This document shows, piece by piece, positions 18,902-28,389 of a DNA stretch of 64,000 bases. Each line of letters begins with the position of its first letter. Position 1 is the stretch's first letter. Origin of the DNA: Candidatus Calditenuaceae archaeon HR02 (GTDB taxonomy: Archaea > Thermoproteota > Nitrososphaeria_A > Caldarchaeales > Calditenuaceae); contig BEHE01000010.1 in assembly GCA_002898395.1 (NCBI GenBank), positions 1 through 64,000 on the forward strand, read 5' to 3'. A model generated the notes under the pieces. It saw only the letters and a program-made list of their open reading frames with translations. It searched no databases and had not been told where the DNA came from. The position numbers were made by a program, and so were the translations under genes.

Positions 18902-20068
18902 TCACACCCCTACACTCAGCACCACAGCCGCGCCCCCATCTACAACCTCACCATCAGGTGAGGCCACTATACACGAACTCCACTTGCCGGTTCTTAGCAG
19001 GTTGATGGACTGGGCCAGTCTCTGGAGCCCTGCAGCGTTTAACGGATAACCCATCCCAATACACCCACCCGAAGGATTCACCGGTAAATGACCATCTATG
19101 TTAAAATCGCCATCCCGCAGAGACTTGCAAATGCTCTCCCTAACGACGCCTAGTGCCTCCAATACCGTCAGCTCGCTGTGGGCGAAAGGCTCTGAAATCT
19201 CTACAAAATCTATCCTCCTGAGCCTTGTCTGCTTAAAAGCCATGTTTGCCGCAGCCCTTGCCCAGCGTGACTGGCCCCACACCTTTAAAGAAAAGTCTGG
19301 CGAGTAGCTGCCCGCAGCAAATCCGAAAGCCTCAACCCGCACCTCTCCAAGGCTCCTCTCCGTGGTCAACAAGATGGCCGCAGCATACTCACAGGGCGCT
19401 GCGACGTGACCCCTCCTTAGCGGCTCCGATATAACCTCCGTACCCTCAACCCCCTCGACAGACGTATCTTCAGCAAATGCCGCCGAAGGGTTTTTGAGAG
19501 CATTCCTCTTATTTTTGACTGCGACTAGGGAAAGGTCACTGGCCTCGCAGCCAGAGTTTGCAAGATACGCCTGTGCATCCAGTGCGGCAATGGTATAGAA
19601 ATGGGGGGTGAGTGGTCTGATAAGGTGTGGGTCGAAAGAGTTTAAAACGATTTCGGGATAGTTTAGAATATCTGAGGCCTTGGCATAGGCCGTAACTAAA
19701 ATGGTTCTGAATTGCCCCGTCCTCAAAAGCATACACCCGTGGATAAACGCGTTCAAGGCGTCATTGGAGACGAGGGTGTTGAACTTTAGGCGTCCACCCA
19801 CTTGGTCAGGCGTGTATGAATCAGTAATGCTCATACCCTCATAGAAATCCATGCCGCTGGAAACTATACCATCCACGTCTGCTGGTGTAATCCCGGCGTC
19901 GAAGTAGGCTTTCACCGCAGCCCTGTACAGCATCTCCCTAAAATCCATGTCATCGTATCTTGATCTACAGGGGATTTCACCTACACCAGCAATCCAAATG
20001 TCCATCCCAACACCCCTAGTAGGATTTTGGCAGACCCAAAACATGTCGGCCGATGTAGCTAAGCACAA
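18902..20068 (-). CDS. Thiolase-fold protein (divergent paralogue)
   Basis: VAVKNKRNA and NPSGGCIGMGYP motifs. The likely start is MDIWIAG. Confidence 0.88.
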   Translation of the reverse strand: MCLATSADMFWVCQNPTRGVGMDIWIAGVGEIPCRSRYDDMDFREMLYRAAVKAYFDAGITPADVDGIVSSGMDFYEGMSITDSYTPDQVGGRLKFNTLVSNDALNAFIHGCMLLRTGQFRTILVTAYAKASDILNYPEIVLNSFDPHLIRPLTPHFYTIAALDAQAYLANSGCEASDLSLVAVKNKRNALKNPSAAFAEDTSVEGVEGTEVISEPLRRGHVAAPCEYAAAILLTTERSLGEVRVEAFGFAAGSYSPDFSLKVWGQSRWARAAANMAFKQTRLRRIDFVEISEPFAHSELTVLEALGVVRESICKSLRDGDFNIDGHLPVNPSGGCIGMGYPLNAAGLQRLAQSINLLRTGKWSSCIVASPDGEVVDGGAAVVLSVGV

Positions 20069-21155
20069 GCTCGTTGGTGACTGGGGCGGTTATGAAGAGT
20101 CTTATAACTGGATAGAACGTTATAATGTCTGTGTCTATATCGTAGGCATTGCCCCCAAAGGTCTGCATCGCTATCTCAAAGGCCTCCAAACCAGCCTCAG
20201 AGGCGACAAGCTTAGCCATGTTTGCCTCAGCTCCCACCTTTCCCCCACCGTCGAATAGTCTAGCCGCATGATAGTTCAGGGACCTGGCAGCCTCTAAATG
20301 CGCCTTGGCACGCGCCATCCTAAACTGAAGACCCTGATAAGACCCTATCGGCTTATCAAAGACAACCCTCTGCTTAGCATACTCGACAGCCCTCTTAAGG
20401 ACATATTCCCCTAAACCTATACTACAGGCAGCTATCAATATTCTCTCCACATTAAGACAGTCGAAAAGATAACTGGCCCCCTTATCCGCTTCCCCTATCA
20501 GATTCTCATCGCCCAGCTCGACATCATCAAAATAAACAGTATACTGACTCTCCGGGGAATATAGCTCAATGTTAAGTGCCTCGAACGATATTCCACTCGT
20601 GCTTGTCTCCACAATAAACAACGATATACCATCCTTCTTATCCTCAACCTCCTCGTATCTTTTCGTCCTAGCCACTATAAGCAGGTAGTCTGACTCGCGC
20701 GCGCCTGTAATGAATGTCTTCTGCCCGTTCAAGATATAGCCGCCGTCCCTCCTTTTTGCAAATGTTCTTATCCGCCAAGTATTCGAGCCGGCCTCGGCCT
20801 CCGTAATGCAAAAGCTTATCTTCTTTCCCTGCTCACATGTAGGTCTGACAAACTTTTCAAATTGCTGCTCAGTCCCATACCTATCTATTACCGTCCTAGA
20901 GAGATGTGTTGTCAGAAATTGAAGGAGGGGTAGCCCGGCCCTCGCTAGGCCTTCCTGAACAAGGACGGCCTCCAAGAGCGCTGTGCCCGAAACTCTTTTA
21001 ACACCTACGCTTGTTAGGTTTGTCTTTAAGAGTTCCCCCCACAACAACTCAGGACTTTTCTTCTCACGAGCACAACGCAACCAATAATCCCTGCCAACAA
21101 TTGTACCTATTCTTTCAGCTGTTTTAAGAATTAATACCTCCTCTTCTGAAAGCAT
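20016..21155 (-). CDS. Acyl-CoA dehydrogenase
   Basis: ITEAEAGSN, LNGQKTFIT, RVVFDKPIGSYQG and QTFGG motifs. Confidence 0.95.
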   Translation of the reverse strand: MLSEEEVLILKTAERIGTIVGRDYWLRCAREKKSPELLWGELLKTNLTSVGVKRVSGTALLEAVLVQEGLARAGLPLLQFLTTHLSRTVIDRYGTEQQFEKFVRPTCEQGKKISFCITEAEAGSNTWRIRTFAKRRDGGYILNGQKTFITGARESDYLLIVARTKRYEEVEDKKDGISLFIVETSTSGISFEALNIELYSPESQYTVYFDDVELGDENLIGEADKGASYLFDCLNVERILIAACSIGLGEYVLKRAVEYAKQRVVFDKPIGSYQGLQFRMARAKAHLEAARSLNYHAARLFDGGGKVGAEANMAKLVASEAGLEAFEIAMQTFGGNAYDIDTDIITFYPVIRLFITAPVTNELVLSYIGRHVLGLPKSY

Positions 21156-21240
21156 ATGATTAGAAAGGCTCGGAGATAATTAAGCATTAAAACAATATCA
21201 CAAGTAGCCAATTCGCGTTGGGGATAAAAAACCTCGCAGC

Positions 21241-21837
21241 CTAGAGAGGAGTAAATATAGCCGCCCAGAACAAACGCCCTTTCTCGAACAGATACGGCTC
21301 AAAACCTTTCTGCCTGAGGAGGGGGATGATCTCTGACGGCTCCGTGCCGTGTCCCAGCATCCTAGACGCTATTGGCTCATAAACCATGAGTAGGCTGTCT
21401 TGCTTCATCTTGCGTCTAACCTGGCTAAGCGCCCTCCCCTTATCCTCTATATGGTGGAGGCTTAGCATGAAAACAACCCTATCAGCAGACCGGTCAGGAA
21501 CCCCATCCAACTCTTCAGCCCTAGCCCTCACCGGTAGTATGTTTTTTACACATAGTTTAGCAGCCCTCTGCCTAAGCTTCCATAGATATTTGTCGGAGAT
21601 GTCCACTGCATAAACGAGGCCCTTGTCCCCTACTATCGATGCTGCAGGAAAGGCAAGAAAGCCAGTACCACACCCAACATCCAGCAAAACATGCCCCTCC
21701 CTCAGCCCCATAACCCTTAACAACTTGTAGGGATCCTGAGCTAGTTTCCTCAGAGGCATTTCTAGGAAAAACCCCTCGAGCACAGACTGAGTACTAGTCA
21801 CGCTGAAGTACCGGTAATATTTTCTCAAAGTAGTCAA
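21241..21837 (-). CDS. Class I SAM-dependent methyltransferase
   Basis: LDVGCGTG, YAVDIS and LHHIED motifs. The start is probably at MPLRKL. Confidence 0.9.
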   Translation of the reverse strand: MTTLRKYYRYFSVTSTQSVLEGFFLEMPLRKLAQDPYKLLRVMGLREGHVLLDVGCGTGFLAFPAASIVGDKGLVYAVDISDKYLWKLRQRAAKLCVKNILPVRARAEELDGVPDRSADRVVFMLSLHHIEDKGRALSQVRRKMKQDSLLMVYEPIASRMLGHGTEPSEIIPLLRQKGFEPYLFEKGRLFWAAIFTPL

Positions 21838-23764
21838 GCGATTCGGGGTTGATCAAGGCATCCCTGTTTATAACTCTTCTTCCATTTATGATGTTTGAAA
21901 CCGCAATTTCCACCTTCTTCATGTTAAAAGTATACGGTATGTCAGGCACCTCTAAGATAATGTCGGGAACATGTCGAGGTGAGACTTTTTCCCTCAGCTC
22001 TTTTTTAATCATCTCCCTGAGCTCTTCCGTCAAAGAATATTTATCCGCCATTTTGACGAAAAGTATTATTCTTTGGTCACCCCGCCAGTTCTGCCCAACC
22101 GCTAGGCTGTCAGCTATCTCCTTGAATCTCTCAACCACACTGTAGATCTCAGCTGTCCCAATCCTAACTCCAGACTTCTTGATCACAGCGTCTGATCTCC
22201 CTAAGAAAGTAATTCCTCCCGTGTCGCTGTGGAATATGACGTAGTCCCCATGCCTCCACACCCTCTTATGAGTATAGAACCTGAAATATGCGTCAAGATA
22301 TTTCTCATAGTCCGGATCGTTAAGGAAGTAAAGCGGCATAGAGGGGGCTGGAGCCTCGCAAACAAGTTCTCCTTCCCTGTCGTAAACCGGGTTCCCCTGT
22401 TCATCATAACACTTTATCTTCATGCCTAAAGCTGGTGATTGGAGTTGTCCTGCATAGACTGGTAACATCGGGCTACCTATAGCAAAGCAGCCATTGATAT
22501 CGGTGCCGCCTGATATAGAGTTGAAGTGGTGATCCCTCTTAACCTCCTCATATACCCACTTAAACCCATCGGCAGACAGGGGGGAACCGGTCTGCGATAT
22601 CTCCCGTAGTGTTGTGAGGTCAAAGCTTCTCCGCGGTGACGCATTCAGGCTCCTGAGATAATTGATATAGCTTGCACTGCATCCAAAAATTGAGACTTCA
22701 TACTCGTCGATTAGGAGCCACATTCTCCTCCAGTCAGGATAGTTGGGGTCGCCGTCATAAAGTAGTAATGTAGCCCCTGTCGCGAGAGAAGTCATCAACC
22801 AGTTCCACATCATCCAGCTAGTAGAGGTTATGTACGTGATAGTGTCCGTTGGCTTAAGGTCTGTGTATATAATAAGCTCCTTCAAGTGATTGACAAGTAT
22901 CCCTGCAACAGATTGTGCCAAGCATTTAGGCTTGCCTGTGGTCCCCGAGGTAAACATTATGTATATTGGGGTTGAGGAAGGAACTTGTGTAAATGAAAAA
23001 CCATCTCCAGGCTTGGTGAAGTCGCTGTAAAGAATGGCATTCTCTACCATATCTATCTTAGGGTTCTCCTCTAGGTATGGTACAACAACCACACATTTTA
23101 TAGACGGTATATTGTCAACGATTTTCTTCACCCTCTCTAAGACATTGTATCTCTTACCCTTGTAAAAGTATCCATCTACTGTGATGAGTACTTTAGGCGA
23201 AACCTGTCCAAACCTGTCGACCGCCGCTTCAGCCCCTATTTCTGTGCCTGTTGATGACCATGTTCCCCCCAGCGAGGCGGTCGCAAGCATGCCTACGCAC
23301 GCTTCAACAGTGTTAGGAATGTATCCACATACCCTATCACCTTCTCCAACCCCCACGTCCTGCAAGTCTTTAGCCAACCCCACAACTTCACGGTAGAGAT
23401 CAAGGTAAGAAATCCTTCTTGAAAACCCATCTTCTCTAACAGCTATGATGGCTGTTTTACCATCCCTTACCCGGAGAAGGTTTTCAGCAAAGTTGAGCCT
23501 CGCACCTATAAACCATGAAGCTCCGGGAAACCTGCTCAAGTCATCAACTACTCGCCAGTAGAGCTTAGAGGCCTTGATCTCGACAAAGCTCCAGACCGCA
23601 TCCCAGAATTCAGGTATATTTTCAATAGACCAGTTGTACAGCTTGAAATACGCGTATCTTTCAAACGGGTCTACTCCAAGTCCTTTCTTTCCATCGACAT
23701 ATTCGATGAATCGCCTCATGTTGGATTTTTCTATCACTTCTGTCGAAGGCTCCCAAAGAAGCAA
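21794..23764 (-). CDS. Acetoacetate--CoA ligase
   Basis: LNFAENLL, FTSGTTGKPK, WMMWNW, SISGGTDI and GRSD..GVRIGTAEIY motifs. Confidence 0.94.
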   Translation of the reverse strand: MLLWEPSTEVIEKSNMRRFIEYVDGKKGLGVDPFERYAYFKLYNWSIENIPEFWDAVWSFVEIKASKLYWRVVDDLSRFPGASWFIGARLNFAENLLRVRDGKTAIIAVREDGFSRRISYLDLYREVVGLAKDLQDVGVGEGDRVCGYIPNTVEACVGMLATASLGGTWSSTGTEIGAEAAVDRFGQVSPKVLITVDGYFYKGKRYNVLERVKKIVDNIPSIKCVVVVPYLEENPKIDMVENAILYSDFTKPGDGFSFTQVPSSTPIYIMFTSGTTGKPKCLAQSVAGILVNHLKELIIYTDLKPTDTITYITSTSWMMWNWLMTSLATGATLLLYDGDPNYPDWRRMWLLIDEYEVSIFGCSASYINYLRSLNASPRRSFDLTTLREISQTGSPLSADGFKWVYEEVKRDHHFNSISGGTDINGCFAIGSPMLPVYAGQLQSPALGMKIKCYDEQGNPVYDREGELVCEAPAPSMPLYFLNDPDYEKYLDAYFRFYTHKRVWRHGDYVIFHSDTGGITFLGRSDAVIKKSGVRIGTAEIYSVVERFKEIADSLAVGQNWRGDQRIILFVKMADKYSLTEELREMIKKELREKVSPRHVPDIILEVPDIPYTFNMKKVEIAVSNIINGRRVINRDALINPESLDYFEKILPVLQRD

Positions 23765-24003
23765 GGTCTACAAAACATACGTGGCAACTACCTATAAATT
23801 TTTTAATACACATTTAAAAGAGCCTTTCCCTAACAATTACGGATAGACCACTTCATCGCGAGACCCGCGGCTACCAAAAATATCATGAGTCCCGACACCC
23901 TCTCTTCCCCCTAACAGGGACAAAGGTACTCTTATTTTTGGCTAGGGGCGGAGGGTGGAGGTTATCGGTCCACCAGCGTAGTTAGGGTCCGCTTAACGGG
24001 TCA

Positions 24004-24324
24004 CTAGTCTGCGGCCATGGTGCTTTCTGCGTTAAACTCTGAGTCTGTTTTAGCCGCACCAGTATAAACCCTATGACCCACATGGTATTCGAGCTCATCT
24101 CTATACATGTATTTTCGGCAAGTGTGACACCAGTAAAACTCCACTCCCTCGAGACCCGAGACGCCCAGCTCAGCCAAGCCGAAGAACTCGCATGGGTCTT
24201 CATTTCCAAATCTGATTCTGTCGTAATTTAGGCTGGCCGGGTTGGAGCACGTTCCAACCCCCTCGATGAGGGGGTAGGGGAGAAAGTGTATACAATCACG
24301 GCATTGAAATTCCCTTCTAGTCAC
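24004..24324 (-). CDS. Small Cys-rich putative Fe-S/Zn protein
   Basis: CRDCIHF..GTC..PCEFF followed by CHTC..H..H. Confidence 0.8.
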   Translation of the reverse strand: MTRREFQCRDCIHFLPYPLIEGVGTCSNPASLNYDRIRFGNEDPCEFFGLAELGVSGLEGVEFYWCHTCRKYMYRDELEYHVGHRVYTGAAKTDSEFNAESTMAAD

Positions 24325-24357
24325 ATGGTTTAAACGATCTATGGCTCTATAATATTA

Positions 24358-25425
24358 TCACATTAATGGATTTTGTCCAATATTGTTTATAGTCCTAAAT
24401 TCAAAGGATGGTAGGATCAGTTTTACACCACATAACTCGTCAAGTTTCCTTAAAAGGCCGGCCAGCCTCTCGTCCTTGACTAACTGCTCCACGTTTTTTA
24501 CAAGCCTTAGCGTGGTGAGGAGTTTTCGCAACATGCGCGGCCCAAAAGGTGCCATCCTAAGAGACTTGTAGAGGGTCATTCTTTCCTCGATGCTGAAGGT
24601 TTTCCCATAGTTTTCCTTGAAATAGGTCTCCAACTCAACAAGGAGATGCTGTAAGCATTTCTCCTGACTGCTATAACCGTAGAAGCAGTTGCGACAGTTT
24701 GGTGAAAAGACCTCCCTCATTGGCCCCTGTGGTCTCCTCCGGCTATATCTCACCCGCGCTATATGGTCGGCTTTTTTGAGTCTCTGCACTATCTTGTATA
24801 TGGCCGCTATGCTCAAGCCGTAGGGCCGCATCTTCACATATATGTCCTCCACTGATACGTATATCTCTGTACAAAGGATGGACATGACTAGTTCCTCACT
24901 CCACGTGGGAATGCTTCGAAGTATAAGCTCTAAAGCCTCAACCAAATGTCTACTTCCAGCTCTCACCACTCCACCGTCGATCAGCTTTTCACTGTCGAGC
25001 ACTCTCATTAGAATCTCCCTACATTTTGCGTGGTCTATGCCACTTACTTCTGCAATCATGTCGAGCGGGATATTTTCCCATCCTTTAGCGGAAGCTATAT
25101 ATAGTGTAGACCAGATGACTCGAACTGTCTCGTTTCTCCAACTTTTCCTAACTATCCATAGAAAATTTCTTAGAGCTTTGAAGACCTCGTTTTTCTGAAT
25201 GAGATACGATGTTGGTGAAGTTTTTTGTTTTTGCAGCCCTAGGAGGCGAATGAGGTTTTCCAGAATAATCTCCGCCTCAGAGCGGCTTGGAAAGAGGAGG
25301 AGTCTCTCATCAAACTCCTCGATCCTGTAAAGTGGTGAGTGTATGAACCGATCCTCGCTCCATGCTAATGGAGGATGTAAGGCTAGGAGAGTCATCAATA
25401 GGTTAGCTTGACCCTTGCCCCCCAC
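24358..25425 (-). CDS. Hypothetical winged-helix protein with a Cys cluster, putative regulator
   Basis: HTH-like segments (PLDMIAEVSGID; SIAAIYKIVQRL) and CRNC-x9-C; divergent from the kor-hdrA operon. Confidence 0.7.
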   Translation of the reverse strand: MGGKGQANLLMTLLALHPPLAWSEDRFIHSPLYRIEEFDERLLLFPSRSEAEIILENLIRLLGLQKQKTSPTSYLIQKNEVFKALRNFLWIVRKSWRNETVRVIWSTLYIASAKGWENIPLDMIAEVSGIDHAKCREILMRVLDSEKLIDGGVVRAGSRHLVEALELILRSIPTWSEELVMSILCTEIYVSVEDIYVKMRPYGLSIAAIYKIVQRLKKADHIARVRYSRRRPQGPMREVFSPNCRNCFYGYSSQEKCLQHLLVELETYFKENYGKTFSIEERMTLYKSLRMAPFGPRMLRKLLTTLRLVKNVEQLVKDERLAGLLRKLDELCGVKLILPSFEFRTINNIGQNPLM

Positions 25426-25534
25426 AGTAGTTAGTTGGCTTAAAGACCTATATATTGCTTAATGAAGTCCCATTCAAATATAAGGTATTGTATATTGGAC
25501 CGAGTAGAATATTTAATAGTGTATATAATTATGC

Positions 25535-25837
25535 ATGCCGATAACGATTTGTTGGGCCTTGTCGGCTCAAGCTTTGAAAATATTGCGTGAACCGATTAAC
25601 CTAGCTTTGTTCCGGAGACCGTTGGGGCGGGTCTATGTTATACCTGAGAGGTGTAAAGAGTGTGGGTTTTGCTGGAGTTTCTGCCCCATGGACGTTCTCG
25701 AGCGGTCTGACGAGTTCAATCCAAATGGATATAGGTATCCTAAAGTCAAGTCAGGGAAGGAAAACGACTGCGTCAATTGTAAGATGTGTAGCCTGATATG
25801 CCCTGAGCTAGCCATCTACACAGTTGAGGTGAGCTAG
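25535..25837 (+). CDS. korD: 2x[4Fe-4S] ferredoxin, 2-oxoacid oxidoreductase delta subunit
   Basis: CKECGFCWSFCP and CVNCKMCSLICP motifs. Confidence 0.9.
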   Translation: MPITICWALSAQALKILREPINLALFRRPLGRVYVIPERCKECGFCWSFCPMDVLERSDEFNPNGYRYPKVKSGKENDCVNCKMCSLICPELAIYTVEVS

Positions 25838-25841
25838 CAGT

Positions 25842-26987
25842 ATGAGTAGCGGCTTGCCGAGGCCTGGTGTCCACTTCATGATGGGAAACTTCGCCTGTGT
25901 CGAGGCTGCCATACTTGCCGGGTGTAGGTTCTTCGCAGGATATCCCATCACTCCCTCCAGCGAGATCTTCGAGAGGGCTTGTGTAAGGTTTCCACAGGTC
26001 GGAGGGATAGCCGTTGAGATGGAGGATGAGATGGCGAGCGTGGCCGCCCTTATCGGCGCATCTTATGCAGGGGCCAAAGCTATGACTGCTACGTCCGGCC
26101 CTGGTTTCAGCTTGATGATGGAGAACATAGGATTGGCGTTCATAATGGAGGCGCCAATAGTGATCGTCAACGTTCAGAGGGCGGGGCCAAGCACCGGAAT
26201 CCCCACTCTGATAGGACAGGGTGACGTTATGCAGGCTAGATGGGGTTCTCACGGGGACATTGAGACAGTAGTCTACTCTCCCAGCAGCGTCCAAGAGTTC
26301 TTCGACCTAACAATTCAGGCATTTAATACGGCGGAAAGACTCCGCACACCCGTCATCGTGCTGACTGACCAGCTAGTAGGGCTGATGTGGGAGAAAGTAG
26401 TCATTCCATCACCTGAGGAGGTGAAAGTCGTGGAGAGAAAGATTATGGATGCGCGGCTCCTCTCTACGAGGCTACCATTCGACTACACTGTAGACGTAAA
26501 TCCAATGCCTATAGTGGGGACGGGCTGCAGAGTAAACATTGACAGCCTCACGCATGATGAGAGAGGCTACCCGACCACATCCCAAGAGATTTCTGAAAAA
26601 ATGCTTCGATATCTACTCGGCAAGATTAGGAACCACGCCCGTGAGCTTTGGCTGTATAAGGAATTCATGATCGATGATGCAGAGGTGGTTGTGGTTGCCT
26701 ATGGATCTACGGCTAGGTCGGCCTTGAATGCTGTTAAGCAGGCCCGTTCACGGGGGATTAAGGCTGGGTTACTTCAGCTCATCACCCTATGGCCCTTCCC
26801 GAGCGATGTGATTGAGAAGGTAAGCCAGCACGTCAACGCCCTCGTAGTGCCTGAGATAAACTTCGGCCAGCTCGTACACCCCATCAGGGAGTACGCCAAA
26901 TGCCCAATCCTAGAGGTTAACTGGGCTCCAGGCAGTCTGATAGAACCGAACGTCATCTTAGACGCCGTGGGGGTGGCTGCGGCGTGA
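25842..26987 (+). CDS. korA: 2-oxoacid:ferredoxin oxidoreductase alpha subunit
   Basis: FAGYPITPSSE, EDE, TATSGPG and QRAGPSTG motifs. Confidence 0.95.
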   Translation: MSSGLPRPGVHFMMGNFACVEAAILAGCRFFAGYPITPSSEIFERACVRFPQVGGIAVEMEDEMASVAALIGASYAGAKAMTATSGPGFSLMMENIGLAFIMEAPIVIVNVQRAGPSTGIPTLIGQGDVMQARWGSHGDIETVVYSPSSVQEFFDLTIQAFNTAERLRTPVIVLTDQLVGLMWEKVVIPSPEEVKVVERKIMDARLLSTRLPFDYTVDVNPMPIVGTGCRVNIDSLTHDERGYPTTSQEISEKMLRYLLGKIRNHARELWLYKEFMIDDAEVVVVAYGSTARSALNAVKQARSRGIKAGLLQLITLWPFPSDVIEKVSQHVNALVVPEINFGQLVHPIREYAKCPILEVNWAPGSLIEPNVILDAVGVAAA

Positions 26988-27835
26988 CCCAGGTAGTCAA
27001 GGCCCGGCGCCATCCCAGGGATAGCCTATTACGAAGTGAGAGGCTTCCGCACATTTGGTGCCCCGGATGTGGCATCGGCATAATCATGGCCGCCTATGCA
27101 GACGCCATAGAGGCATCAGGTATTCCACCTGAGAAGCATGTCTGCATCTCCGGAATAGGCTGTACTGGGAGGGTTTCCGGCTACATGCATCTCGACTCAT
27201 TCCATACGACACATGGCCGAGCCATAGCCTTCGCCACAGGCCTATCTCTTGTGAGGCCTGACCTGGAGGTCACCGTCATCTCAGGTGATGGGGACATCTG
27301 TACGATAGGTGGGAACCATTTGATACATGCTGCTAGGAGGAACGTCGACATCAACGTGATAATGGTAAACAACTTCAACTATGGTATGACGGGGGGCCAG
27401 CACGGCGGTACCACACCCCTCGGAGCAAAGACATACACATCACCTTACGGCAATTTTGAAGCCCCATTCAACATACCCTATCTAGTGGCCGCTGCAGGAG
27501 CCTCGTTCGTGGCTAGATGGACGACCCTACACGTAAGGCAGCTGATCAATGCAATGAAGCGCATGATGAGTGTGGAGGGTTTCTCTTTCATTGAGGTCAT
27601 ATCGCCTTGTCCACCCACGTTCGGCGAGTTCAACAACTTTCCTGAAGCCCTCGATATGATGGAGTACTTCAGGAAGTATTCGGTGATAGACCATAATGCC
27701 GATCTAAGCAAGATAGGCATACGCCTCCAAGGCGAGCCACTGGTTGTCGGAAACTTCGTTGACAAGAGGAGGCCGAGCTACCAGGAGCTTGTGCAGGAAA
27801 CTATCAGAAAAGCTGCCGGGAGGGAGAGCGTTTGA
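26984..27835 (+). CDS. korB: 2-oxoacid:ferredoxin oxidoreductase beta subunit (TPP-binding)
   Basis: WCPGCG, GIGC, HGRA and GDGD...NN.YGMTGGQ motifs. Confidence 0.95.
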   Translation: MTQVVKARRHPRDSLLRSERLPHIWCPGCGIGIIMAAYADAIEASGIPPEKHVCISGIGCTGRVSGYMHLDSFHTTHGRAIAFATGLSLVRPDLEVTVISGDGDICTIGGNHLIHAARRNVDINVIMVNNFNYGMTGGQHGGTTPLGAKTYTSPYGNFEAPFNIPYLVAAAGASFVARWTTLHVRQLINAMKRMMSVEGFSFIEVISPCPPTFGEFNNFPEALDMMEYFRKYSVIDHNADLSKIGIRLQGEPLVVGNFVDKRRPSYQELVQETIRKAAGRESV

Positions 27836-28389
27836 GACACGAGGTTAGGATCACAGGGCTAGGTGGCCAAGGGGCCATAACGGCTGGTCATATACTTGGA
27901 AGAGCCGCGGCAATATACGGAGACAAGGAAGCAGTAGTGACTGAGGGCTACAGCCCATACATAACCGGCGGCTGGTCGAGAGCCGACGTAATAATCTCCG
28001 ACGAACCCATAGACTACCCGCTTATCACCAAGCTAGACGTCTTAGCCACAATGTATGATGAAGGTTTTGTTCAAAACCTTAGACACGTCAAAAGCAGAGG
28101 TGTAATAATAACCGTGAAAGAGCTAGTCAAACATTCTTCAAAGGATCACAAGGTTTTGCCGATACCTGCCATCGAGGTAGCTGAGCAGTTAGGAAGAAGG
28201 ATAGTCGCTAATATCGTGATACTCGGGGCCATAACTGCTGTCTTGGGTACACCACCCCTAGAGTCGGTTGAGAAGGCACTGGCCGACAGGTTTCCAAAGG
28301 CGGTTGAGCTTAACCGCAAAGCTGTACAACAAGGCTACAGCATAGCATCTGAGCTGCTCGCAAGCACAGATGTTTTGGAGGAGAGGTGA
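27832..28389 (+). CDS. korC: 2-oxoacid:ferredoxin oxidoreductase gamma subunit
   Basis: ITGLGGQG and ANIVILGA motifs. Confidence 0.93.
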   Translation: MRHEVRITGLGGQGAITAGHILGRAAAIYGDKEAVVTEGYSPYITGGWSRADVIISDEPIDYPLITKLDVLATMYDEGFVQNLRHVKSRGVIITVKELVKHSSKDHKVLPIPAIEVAEQLGRRIVANIVILGAITAVLGTPPLESVEKALADRFPKAVELNRKAVQQGYSIASELLASTDVLEER

